Shown: positions 24,130 through 33,276 of the stretch, piece after piece | Position numbering within the stretch: position 1 is the stretch's first letter | Layout of the letters: every line of letters begins with the position of its first letter | From: Candidatus Adlerbacteria bacterium | GTDB lineage: Bacteria; Patescibacteriota; Minisyncoccia; Phycocordibacterales; SBAW01 | Direction: 5' to 3' | DNA length: 42,328 nt | NCBI GenBank assembly: GCA_043784925.1 | Contig: JAYVXU010000028.1 | Location: forward strand, 1 to 42,328 | Made by a program: the position numbers and the translations under genes | The notes under the pieces: generated by a model | Seen by the model: the letters and a program-made list of their open reading frames with translations, nothing else | Databases searched by the model: none | What the model was told of the DNA's origin: nothing

Positions 24130-25857
24130 ATGCAAGAGGAGATTTTTAAGACAATTGAAAGGGTGCTTGAGGGGCTTATGCAACCGGCGGAGGGCGGGTT
24201 TATTGATGCGCCTTTTGTTGTTAAGCGTCCCGGTGACCTTTCTCACGGTGACTATTCAACTAACGTCGCGCATGTTGTTTCAAAACAATTAGAAAAAAAC
24301 CCAAGAGAAGTCGCCGAACTCATCAAAGAAAAACTGCTTGAGCAGGAAGGGCTGCTCAAACATGGAGTTGAGAAAATTGAGATCGCAGGTCCTGGCTTTA
24401 TTAACTTCTATCTCTCAAGCGAAGCAATTGAAAGAGAAATTAAAAAAGCTGCCAATAATGAATTCGCAAAAGTTAAATCCGATTTTTCCGGCAAGACTGT
24501 GATGGTTGAATATACCCAACCCAACCCTTTCAAAGAATTTCATATTGGGCATCTGATGAGCAACACGATTGGTGAGTCTATTGCAAACATTCTTGAAGAA
24601 GTCGGAACAACAGTAATTCGTGCTAATTATCAAGGCGATGTGGGGCCACATGTAGCAAAAGCTATGTACGTCCTACTTCGAGACGGCGCGGTCGAACCAT
24701 CGGTCCAAGATATTTCTGCGGCATATATTGAGGGAGCGCGCATGTATGAAGAAGACACAAAACAAAAGGAATTAATTGATCAATTAAACAAGTTTATTTA
24801 CCAACAATACGAACAAGTAACAGACCAAAAAGTCTGGAATCTTTACCAGTGGGGGAGAAGGATTACTCTCGAGCATTTTGAAGAGCTGTATCATATTTTG
24901 GGTACCACGTTTGATTTTTATTTTTTTGAAAGCGAGACGAATATTGAAGGGTTGTCTTTGGTGCATGCTCACCCAGAGATATTTGAGCAAAGTCAGGGGG
25001 CCACAGTTTTTCATGGAGAGAACCATGGCCTCCACACCCGTGTATTTATAAATAGTAGAGGTATTCCTACCTACGAAACAAAAGACTTAGGGCTTGCAGT
25101 GCTTAAAAAACAAAAAGCTGATTTTGACCTCTCGGTAACGATAACTGCTAATGAGCAGGACGAATATTTTAAAGTGGTGTTTACCGCCTTATCGCTCGTG
25201 CATCCCGACTGGAGTGGACAGTTTATACATAAGTCTCACGGCATGATGCGCTTTGCGGAAGGTAAGATGTCTTCGCGTCGTGGCAATGTGGTCACTGGCG
25301 ATTCACTTTTGATGGATCTCAAAGATGAAGTAAAAGAAAAGATGCAGGGGCGCAATTTAAAAGATGTAGACAAAACAGCTGAGCAGATTGCGGTGGGTGC
25401 TATTAAATATGCAGTACTCAAACAAGGAAGTGGAAAAGATATAATTTTTGACCCAGAGAAGTCACTCTCGCTTGAAGGTGACTCGGGCCCGTATTTGCAA
25501 TATGCGCTCACGCGAGCTCTCTCCGTTTTAAAGAAAGCCGAAATTTCCGGTGTAGATATTGGTCATTATAAATTAATGTATGACGAGCAATTTAAATTAG
25601 TGATACAAACACATCGACTCAGTCGATTATTGCTTCACGTTACTGAAGTTGTTGGGCGTGCCGCTTCTGAACTTGAACCGCATTTGGTCACTACCTATTT
25701 GACCGAACTATCGTCGGAGTTTAATTCTTGGTATGCCTCAGAGAGAATAATAGAAGGTAAGTATCCTGAGTACATGCTCCTTGTGGTCCAAGCATTTACA
25801 AACACTATGAAAAAAGGTTTGCATTTGTTAGGTATCCCAGCCCCTGAGGAAATGTAA
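24130..25857 (+). CDS. argS: Arginine--tRNA ligase
   Basis: HGDYSTN, AGPGFINF, NPFKEFHIGH, KMSSRRG and GDSGPYLQY. Confidence 0.97.
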   Translation: MQEEIFKTIERVLEGLMQPAEGGFIDAPFVVKRPGDLSHGDYSTNVAHVVSKQLEKNPREVAELIKEKLLEQEGLLKHGVEKIEIAGPGFINFYLSSEAIEREIKKAANNEFAKVKSDFSGKTVMVEYTQPNPFKEFHIGHLMSNTIGESIANILEEVGTTVIRANYQGDVGPHVAKAMYVLLRDGAVEPSVQDISAAYIEGARMYEEDTKQKELIDQLNKFIYQQYEQVTDQKVWNLYQWGRRITLEHFEELYHILGTTFDFYFFESETNIEGLSLVHAHPEIFEQSQGATVFHGENHGLHTRVFINSRGIPTYETKDLGLAVLKKQKADFDLSVTITANEQDEYFKVVFTALSLVHPDWSGQFIHKSHGMMRFAEGKMSSRRGNVVTGDSLLMDLKDEVKEKMQGRNLKDVDKTAEQIAVGAIKYAVLKQGSGKDIIFDPEKSLSLEGDSGPYLQYALTRALSVLKKAEISGVDIGHYKLMYDEQFKLVIQTHRLSRLLLHVTEVVGRAASELEPHLVTTYLTELSSEFNSWYASERIIEGKYPEYMLLVVQAFTNTMKKGLHLLGIPAPEEM

Positions 25858-26266
25858 AATATTTGAAATTTTGTAAGCTATTTATAGCAGATAAAAAGGT
25901 AGGTGAATAATCGACACAAAATGGCTTGTTTAAAAAAAGCAGCCCTGGGGCCGCCTAGCTCACGCTTGAAAATATTGTTGGGTGAAAGTATGCCCGTCTT
26001 TTGTATACCGAGGTCTAAACAATCCCCCGTTTGTTCGATCCTGATCTTGCTCCTGTGCACGTAGGAGAGTTTGCTCTTCCTTAGTAAGTATTCGACCGTG
26101 GCAGTTACAATTTTGGCGCAAGCATTCGCTAACGAATTTACTCGGATCTTGACCGCATATGTGTAACATCTCTTCCCTCTGCCTTTTTTTCTTGAGCATC
26201 TTACCATTGCCGTGATTACCAAGCAAGATATTTATAAAAAATATGAGACTAAGTTTTTATTACTAT

Positions 26267-26301
26267 AAAAAAGCGGAGTCATCGTGATGATGATCCGCTT
26301 T
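26267..26301 (-). terminator. Terminator of the gcrA-like gene
   Basis: AAAGCGGA...TCCGCTTT stem. The adjacent A-run on the plus strand is a U-tract on the minus strand. Confidence 0.65.
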
Positions 26302-26305
26302 GGTT

Positions 26306-26797
26306 TTAGGCTGCTTCTTTTTTGGGAGCTTTTGTAAATGCAACCTTGGCGTGCTCTTCACAGTAGGGAAGGCCAGGTTCTGAAGGAGCGTCACAAAAAC
26401 GAAAGTCTTTTGTTCTTGGATCCCCAATAGGCCACGCGCAAGTGCTGACCTTCGCTTCAGAACTTTTAAAAATAGGAGTGCGCCAAGTTTCTTTGCACGG
26501 TACTTTTTCTGGTTCTCTATTTGAAGCTTGGGTAAACTGAGGAGTAGGAGGTGGAGTTACTGGTTGAGCAGGAGTTTTAGGTTTTTGGCGTATAGCTTCT
26601 TCTCGTACTGGAGGATTCGAAGATCGATAGCGAGGCAGATGTAACCGATCGGCTTTGCCGCCCACTGCACTAGCAGAACGCTCCGTACCAAGCGCCGCAG
26701 CCACATCAGTAAGCGTAGGGTAGGTGTTAGTGTCTGTCCAAATTAGGCGCAACTTTGCAACTTCAGGACCCTTGTCATCCCACGGCTTAGCAGCCAT
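26306..26797 (-). CDS. GcrA-family cell-cycle regulator-like protein
   Basis: N-terminal HTH-like W...L..W.....T..VA..LG..S..AV.GKA.RL.L, a Pro-rich linker, and C-terminal TCAWPIGDP...DFRFC.......PYCEEH. SD AGGGAG. Confidence 0.85.
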   Translation of the reverse strand: MAAKPWDDKGPEVAKLRLIWTDTNTYPTLTDVAAALGTERSASAVGGKADRLHLPRYRSSNPPVREEAIRQKPKTPAQPVTPPPTPQFTQASNREPEKVPCKETWRTPIFKSSEAKVSTCAWPIGDPRTKDFRFCDAPSEPGLPYCEEHAKVAFTKAPKKEAA

Positions 26798-26943
26798 ACG
26801 GTATCTCCCTATTGTTGAGCTAGTAGACTTTCTACTGATACAATCGTACCTACTTTTTAGATTTGTAAAGGGTATCTTTTTGGATCTACGGTAGAGGTCT
26901 CTTGAGGGTATATGTTATACTCGTGCCAAGTAGTTTGCTCGCT

Positions 26944-27168
26944 ATGCAAGACGTACCTCAAAAAACTATCATAATTGCAGATTGGCATTCAGGTCTAATT
27001 AGCCCTGAGGACATACAGTATGCATTTACTACGCAGGGGCTTAAGATTCTTTCGTTGGAATATCCGCATGCGGCGGCTAATTGTGAACCCGCAGGAGTGG
27101 TTGTGCCTTGGTCACGATTCCAGAAGTTTTTGACTCCAAAGTATCAGCAGATATTTCTGAATAAATAA
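26944..27168 (+). CDS. Small hypothetical protein
   Basis: 74-aa ORF filling the gap before ileS, with TGT-TATACT upstream. Confidence 0.45.
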   Translation: MQDVPQKTIIIADWHSGLISPEDIQYAFTTQGLKILSLEYPHAAANCEPAGVVVPWSRFQKFLTPKYQQIFLNK

Positions 27169-27220
27169 AGATATTAAGAGTGGCTTTTTTTTATGGCTCT
27201 CTTGAAGTATATTCAATAGC

Positions 27221-30200
27221 ATGGTTGATGATCAAAAACAGGGTGGGGAAGAGCGCGAGGCGTCTCCCTATATAGCTAAATCTCCTCTGAGTGAGCGCGA
27301 AGAAGCTATTTTGGCGTTTTGGAATTGTGAGAACATTTTTAAGAAAACGCTCCAGAAAGATTCTCCAAAAGGAGAGTATGTATTTTATGATGGCCCCCCT
27401 TTTGCTACCGGCCTCCCACACTTTGGCCATATCCTGCAAAGTGCTCTCAAAGACGCTATACCACGCTATCGCACCATGCGCGGCTATCACGTAGCTCGGC
27501 AATGGGGCTGGGACTGCCATGGTTTACCTCTGGAAAATCAAATAGAGCAAGAGCTCGGATTCAAGTCTAAACGAGATATCGAAACCTACGGTATCCAGCA
27601 ATTTAATAACAAAGCTAAGGGAGCCGTACTTCGTTATGCAGACGAGTGGCGCAGGATCATCCCGCGCATTGGAAGATGGGCAGACATGGAAAATGACTAC
27701 AAAACAATGGACGCCTCATACACTGAAAGTGTCTGGTGGGCATTTAAAAATATGTATGACCGAAACCTTATTTACGAAGGTTTTAAGGCTATGCACTTAT
27801 GTCCCCGCTGTGGCACAACTCTTTCAAATTTTGAAGTAGCACAGGCGTACCAAGACATACCAGACATTGCTGTTACGGTAAAATTACCCCTTATAGACGA
27901 ACCGGGGACTTCGCTTCTTATATGGACAACAACCTCGTGGACGCTTCCTGGAAACTCCGCTGCCGCTGTCAACGCAGAAGCCACTTATGTAAAAGTACAA
28001 ACAGAGGAAGGAATTGTTGTGGTGGCAAAAGAGCTTGTAAAAAAAGTATTTGGCGAGCAAGAAGTAGTTGTGGTTGCAGAGGTAAAAGGTATTGACTTGG
28101 TGGGTGCCCGGTATGAGCCGCCCTTCCCGTACTTTAAAGACTTAGTTCATAAGCATAAAACGCATGCTTGGAAGGTATATGCTGCAGACTACGTAACGCT
28201 TACCGACGGTACAGGTATTGTGCATTTGGCCCCTGCGTATGGTGCTGAAGATCTAGAGCTTGCCCAGAAGGAAAAAATTCCTCTTATACACCATGTCACG
28301 GATGAAGGTCGTTTTATCTCGACAGTGTCTGATTTTGAGCGTTTGCCCGTCAAACCAAAAGGGCGGCATATGGAAACTGACGAAAAAATTGTCGAGTATT
28401 TAGACAAACGGGGACTCCTGTTTAAAAAAGAAAAAATTACGCACTCCTACCCGCACTGTTGGCGCTGTGACACCCCTCTTCTTAACTGGGCTGCCACTTC
28501 GTGGTTTGTAAATGTGCAAAGTATCAAACCACAACTGATTGAAGAAAATAATCAGGTGCGTTGGGTGCCCGAACACGTGGGGAAGGGGCGGTTTAATAAT
28601 GGGCTTCATAGTGCTCCCGACTGGGCAATTTCTCGTAGCCGCTATTGGGGTGCGCCTATTCCTGTGTGGCGAAATACTAAGACAAAAGAGTTAAAGGTAG
28701 TGGGCTCAGTTGATGAGCTTTTGTCGCTCATGCGTCAGTCGGACAATCGTTATTTTGTAATGCGCCACGGCGAAGCTCGCAGTAATGTTGAGGGGTTTGT
28801 AAACTCGACAAATGATACAGAAAACCATTTGACCCCAAATGGCGAAGCCTCAGTTAGTGCTTCGGCCCAAAGTCTCAAAGATGCGGGGGTAGATATCGTC
28901 GTTGCTTCTCCCTTGTTTCGTACGCAAGAAACTGCGCGGATTGTATGTGATGAACTAGGGCTTCCGTATTCCGCGATAGTCACCGACGTTCGATTGAGCG
29001 AAACGCATTTTGGTGAAAAAGATGATAAGCCAATTGCAGAGTGGCGCGCTTTGTTTGCCACCTTGTCAGACAAATTTAACACCGCGGCAGTTGGGGGTGA
29101 GTCATACAGTCAGATCTATGCCCGAGTAGGAGACTTTCTTTTTGATATTGATCAAAAATATAGTGGGAAGCGAATTTTAATCGTGACCCACGGAACCCCG
29201 GCGTGGCTTATGGAGAAAATTGCTGATCGTACCCCGCGTCACAAAGTCCAAAAAGAATCCGTGCTTGAGACCGGACAGTGGAAGGAGATTACATTCACTG
29301 CCTATCCACATAACGAACATTTCGAACTAGATTTACATCGACCATATATAGACGACGTTGTGCTGAGGGGGGAGGAGGGGGAATGGAAGCGCGTATTTGA
29401 TGTGTTTGACTGCTGGTTTGAGTCCGGTTCCATGCCCTTTGCTAGCGCTCACTATCCTTTTTCAAAAGAGGTTTTTGACCCAAAAGGAACCCTTGGGTTT
29501 TTTGCCAAAGGGTATCCCGCTGACTTTATAGCCGAAAGTATTGACCAGACGAGAGGGTGGTTCTACTCCTTGATAGTGCTCGGTACCGCACTTTTTGGTA
29601 CAAGCCCGTACAAAGCAGTGGTCACAAACGGGTTAGTGTTGGCTGAGGATGGTCGCAAGATGAGTAAAAAGCTTAAAAACTACCCCGACCCTATGGAGTT
29701 AGTTGAAAAGTTTGGCGCAGACTCCCTTCGACACTATCTCCTTTCGTCGTCTGTTAATCGTGGAGAAGATTTGCGATTTTCAGCTCGCGGTGTGGAAGAA
29801 GTGACCAAAAAACTTTTAATGCGCCTCGACAACGTAAGGTCGTTTTATGAGTTGTATGCGATTCAGCAGAATCGTGTCGCGCAATTGTCCATTGAAACGC
29901 AACCACACATTCTTGATCGTTGGATTATGTCTCGACTTGGAGAATTGCTTCGCGACACCACAAATGGTTTTGAAATATATGAACTCGATACGGCAACCCG
30001 CCCTCTCAGTTCTTTTATAGATGATTTGTCGACGTGGTATGTGAGGCGTTCGCGAGATCGTTTTAAAACTGATGGAGAAGATAAAAACGCGGCACTCACC
30101 AATCTTCGGTATGTGCTGTACACGGTTGCACATACGATGGCTCCTGTTATGCCATTTTTTGCCGAAGATTTGTATCAACGGGTAAAAAATAGTGACGACC

Positions 30201-30730
30201 CTCAAAGTGTGCATCTGTGCGATTGGCCGGAAGCAATTCCAGTGGACGAGCAACTTCTCCTGGATATGAAGCATGTTCGAGATATAGCGTCACTTGGGCT
30301 CCAAGAGCGCGAAAAAGCTGGCATTAAAATTCGCCAACCACTAGCGAGACTTCTCGTTAAAACTCTTCCTACATCGACTGATTTGAAACAAATTATTGCT
30401 GAGGAAGTTAATGTTAAAGAAGTTGTAGGGGACGCGACTTTGGAAACTGATGTTTCTCTCGATACGGTTCTTACTCCCGAATTAAAAGAAGCAGGATTGT
30501 TGCGAGACTTTGTGCGCTCAATTCAGGAGTTGCGTAAGACTCAAAAACTTACTATTGCTGATAGACCCACACTCGAAATTATAACAAACACAGAAGGTCA
30601 AAACTTTTTTGAAAAGAATAAAGAAGCGCTTATCCAAGAGACAAACTTAGGCAATATGGTGATATCGGCAACTTCAGGCGAAGATGCCACGGCTTCGCCC
30701 TTTCCAGCTCGGTTTGCGCTTGCTTTGTAG
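27221..30730 (+). CDS. ileS: Isoleucine--tRNA ligase (type 2) with an inserted histidine-phosphatase domain
   Basis: DGPPFATGLPHFGH, GWDCHGLP, WAISRSRYWG, DQTRGWF and KMSKK. Insert carries RHG...SP..R..ETA...E...GES...THG. Confidence 0.97.
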   Translation: MVDDQKQGGEEREASPYIAKSPLSEREEAILAFWNCENIFKKTLQKDSPKGEYVFYDGPPFATGLPHFGHILQSALKDAIPRYRTMRGYHVARQWGWDCHGLPLENQIEQELGFKSKRDIETYGIQQFNNKAKGAVLRYADEWRRIIPRIGRWADMENDYKTMDASYTESVWWAFKNMYDRNLIYEGFKAMHLCPRCGTTLSNFEVAQAYQDIPDIAVTVKLPLIDEPGTSLLIWTTTSWTLPGNSAAAVNAEATYVKVQTEEGIVVVAKELVKKVFGEQEVVVVAEVKGIDLVGARYEPPFPYFKDLVHKHKTHAWKVYAADYVTLTDGTGIVHLAPAYGAEDLELAQKEKIPLIHHVTDEGRFISTVSDFERLPVKPKGRHMETDEKIVEYLDKRGLLFKKEKITHSYPHCWRCDTPLLNWAATSWFVNVQSIKPQLIEENNQVRWVPEHVGKGRFNNGLHSAPDWAISRSRYWGAPIPVWRNTKTKELKVVGSVDELLSLMRQSDNRYFVMRHGEARSNVEGFVNSTNDTENHLTPNGEASVSASAQSLKDAGVDIVVASPLFRTQETARIVCDELGLPYSAIVTDVRLSETHFGEKDDKPIAEWRALFATLSDKFNTAAVGGESYSQIYARVGDFLFDIDQKYSGKRILIVTHGTPAWLMEKIADRTPRHKVQKESVLETGQWKEITFTAYPHNEHFELDLHRPYIDDVVLRGEEGEWKRVFDVFDCWFESGSMPFASAHYPFSKEVFDPKGTLGFFAKGYPADFIAESIDQTRGWFYSLIVLGTALFGTSPYKAVVTNGLVLAEDGRKMSKKLKNYPDPMELVEKFGADSLRHYLLSSSVNRGEDLRFSARGVEEVTKKLLMRLDNVRSFYELYAIQQNRVAQLSIETQPHILDRWIMSRLGELLRDTTNGFEIYELDTATRPLSSFIDDLSTWYVRRSRDRFKTDGEDKNAALTNLRYVLYTVAHTMAPVMPFFAEDLYQRVKNSDDPQSVHLCDWPEAIPVDEQLLLDMKHVRDIASLGLQEREKAGIKIRQPLARLLVKTLPTSTDLKQIIAEEVNVKEVVGDATLETDVSLDTVLTPELKEAGLLRDFVRSIQELRKTQKLTIADRPTLEIITNTEGQNFFEKNKEALIQETNLGNMVISATSGEDATASPFPARFALAL

Positions 30731-30731
30731 T

Positions 30732-31313
30732 ATGCATCGTGTGTTTGTGACGCCGGGGTTTGTGCTGAGTAAACGAGGGGTGGGTGAATCAAACACTCTG
30801 GTTTCGATACTCACACGTGAGCTTGGGCTCCTTCGCGCTTCGGCACGCTCGGCACGCAAAGAGGCATCCAAACTTCGGTTTGGTTTGGAGCCGCTAACAA
30901 CGGCACGTTTCTCACTAGTGCGTGGTCGACAGGAATGGAAATTGATAGGGGTAGAGGCGATGGCTCGCACGGCTCTTGCCTCCACATCAAGCAGGCGGGG
31001 ACAAGAAGGGCGAATTTCGCGTCTTATACTGCGTTTGATACCTGGCGAAGAGCCAATACCCGAACTTTTTGACACTGTTGTGGAAGGGCTTCATGACCTA
31101 TCGCATATTTTGGATGTTAAAGACGCAGAAGCTGCAGAGACTATCCTTGTGTTGCGTATTGTTGAGCATTTGGGCTACATGTCAGTCTCAGAGGCACTTT
31201 CTGTTTTTTTACAACAGCCCATTTCTTCACCAGAGTTACTGCGAAAGGCTATAGAGCTGCGACCCCTCCTTATACGCACGATAAATGAGTCCCTCATGGC
31301 GACGGGTTTGTAG
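30732..31313 (+). CDS. recO: DNA repair protein RecO
   Basis: GFVL.KR..GE.N..V.ILTRELGL..A.A..ARK..SKL...LEP OB-fold pattern. Confidence 0.85.
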   Translation: MHRVFVTPGFVLSKRGVGESNTLVSILTRELGLLRASARSARKEASKLRFGLEPLTTARFSLVRGRQEWKLIGVEAMARTALASTSSRRGQEGRISRLILRLIPGEEPIPELFDTVVEGLHDLSHILDVKDAEAAETILVLRIVEHLGYMSVSEALSVFLQQPISSPELLRKAIELRPLLIRTINESLMATGL

Positions 31314-31337
31314 CTTTTGTAGTGCTATACTTTTTAT

Positions 31338-33275
31338 ATGCAGCGCAAAGACAAACGAAAAGATGCTATTTCTGGTATGAAGGATGGGTTGTATTCAAGG
31401 GCACATACTCCTGAAGTACATGTTGAAGAGCGCACGCCACTTGCCACTGAAACTGCCGAAAAGGTAGGGGTTGGATGGAGTGACGGAAAAATAAACCTAC
31501 CCATAGCAAAGCTTCCTACCGAAGCACCGACGAAAGACGGTATGTCATTTGGTGCAAAATTTTTGATTGGTGCAAGTGTTTTTTTTGTTGGCGCTTTGGG
31601 AGTCGCCGGGTATATCTTTTTTGTAGGAGGTAATACTATTTCATCTCAAAATATTGATATACAAGTTATTGCTCCATCTATTATTGATGGTGGTTCCAAA
31701 ACCACTTTTGAAGTAATTGTTAACAACAGAAACCAGTCGGCCTTGGAGTTGGTAGATTTGTCGGTTGATTACCCAGATAATACAAGAGACCCACTAGACC
31801 CTACCAGACCACTGACGCATGAGTTGCAACCTATAGGTTCTATAAAATCGGGAGAGCAAATTAAACGCACCGCAAATGCGGTGTTGTACGGTAAAGAGGG
31901 AAGTCCTCAAAAAATAGTAGTGACCCTGCAGTATGCAGTGCCCAATTCAAACGGTGTATTTAAAAAACAAGCTGAAGCTGACTTTACAATAGGGTCGTCT
32001 CCCATCTCAATTTCTGTGCAGTCGCCAGCTGAAGCAATATCAGATCAGCAATTTGCTATGGATATTACTGTAACCAGCAATGCAACAGCCCCCCTTCGAA
32101 ATGTGGCCCTTGAAGCGCAGTATCCTTTTGGTTTTACTCCGGCGCTTGCAACACCACCTCCTGAAGGAGGTACAACTTTATGGCGCTTAGGCAGTTTTAA
32201 TCCCGGACAATCTAAAAAAGTGCATATCGAAGGGAAAATTGTGGGCCAAGATGGAGACGATCGGGTGTTCAGATTCCTCACAGGCGCTGATATTTCTGAT
32301 ACGGATACCCGTATTGCTATCCCTTTTATACAAGTGCCACAAACTCTTACGGTGCATCGCCCGTTTATAACCGCAACACTAGCACTAGAGCGCAAGACCG
32401 ACAAAACTGTGTCAGTTGAAGCAGGAAAGGTTGTGAGCGGGGTGGTGACTTGGCAAAATAACCTTACGGTTCCTGTGTCTAACATGCAGGCACTGCTTAA
32501 ATTTTCGGGCCCGATGCTCGATACTACAACCATACGTTCACCAACCGGTTTTTATCAATCTCAAAGTCACTCAATTATTTGGACAAAGGACCAAGATGGG
32601 GCGCTCGACGTCGTGCCCCCAGGAGGCACCGGTACTTTTTCATTTGAATTCCAAACGGTAAACCCTGGGTCAGGAGGCAAGGTATATGCAAACCCTACCG
32701 TGAATCTCGAACTTTCTGTTTCTGGTGTGCGTCAAGGCCAAACAGGAGTGCCCGAAAACATTTCTTCGGCCGCAACTATCCAAGCGACAATAGCTTCCGC
32801 TGTGACTCTTGATGAAGTTGCCCTTCACTTCACAGGGCCTTTCTCCAACACAGGGCCGATGCCACCTATTGCTGAGCAGCACACCACCTACACGATACTT
32901 TGGACGGTTAAAAACTCTTCAAACTCTATCGCAAATACGGTCGTGTCCACTATTCTTCCTCCGTACGTGCAATTTGTCCAAGGAGCAGAGGGGGTGACCT
33001 ACGAGAAAGCTAGTAGAACAGTTACCTGGTCAATTGGAGAACTAAAAGCAGGTGCCGGCTTTAGCTCCGCAGCCCGTACGGTAGGTTTTCAGGTGTCCTT
33101 GCAGCCGAGTGCATCCCAAATAGGATTGTCGCCACAACTCACGGGTTTTGCTAAACTCTCTGGTCAAGATCGCTTTGCTCAGGTATTAATAAATACGAAC
33201 GCTCCAGGCGTCTCAACCCGGCTAGACACCGACACCGGATATACCGACACGATGGGGGCCGTTTCGCCAAAATAA
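31338..33275 (+). CDS. Membrane-anchored protein with tandem Ig-like (DUF11-like) domains
   Basis: Single TM helix near aa 75-95, repeated beta-sandwich motifs and YTILWTVKNSSN. Confidence 0.8.
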   Translation: MQRKDKRKDAISGMKDGLYSRAHTPEVHVEERTPLATETAEKVGVGWSDGKINLPIAKLPTEAPTKDGMSFGAKFLIGASVFFVGALGVAGYIFFVGGNTISSQNIDIQVIAPSIIDGGSKTTFEVIVNNRNQSALELVDLSVDYPDNTRDPLDPTRPLTHELQPIGSIKSGEQIKRTANAVLYGKEGSPQKIVVTLQYAVPNSNGVFKKQAEADFTIGSSPISISVQSPAEAISDQQFAMDITVTSNATAPLRNVALEAQYPFGFTPALATPPPEGGTTLWRLGSFNPGQSKKVHIEGKIVGQDGDDRVFRFLTGADISDTDTRIAIPFIQVPQTLTVHRPFITATLALERKTDKTVSVEAGKVVSGVVTWQNNLTVPVSNMQALLKFSGPMLDTTTIRSPTGFYQSQSHSIIWTKDQDGALDVVPPGGTGTFSFEFQTVNPGSGGKVYANPTVNLELSVSGVRQGQTGVPENISSAATIQATIASAVTLDEVALHFTGPFSNTGPMPPIAEQHTTYTILWTVKNSSNSIANTVVSTILPPYVQFVQGAEGVTYEKASRTVTWSIGELKAGAGFSSAARTVGFQVSLQPSASQIGLSPQLTGFAKLSGQDRFAQVLINTNAPGVSTRLDTDTGYTDTMGAVSPK

Positions 33276-33276
33276 T

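Noticed and set aside
25878-26226. Two overlapping minus-strand ORFs (114 and 88 aa)
   Set aside because: Both have non-ATG starts and no recognisable family. I cannot tell which, if either, is real.
27141-27154. GTATC-AGCA-GATAT as another AGCA element
   Set aside because: Only a 5-bp stem and no flanking core, so it is compatible with chance.
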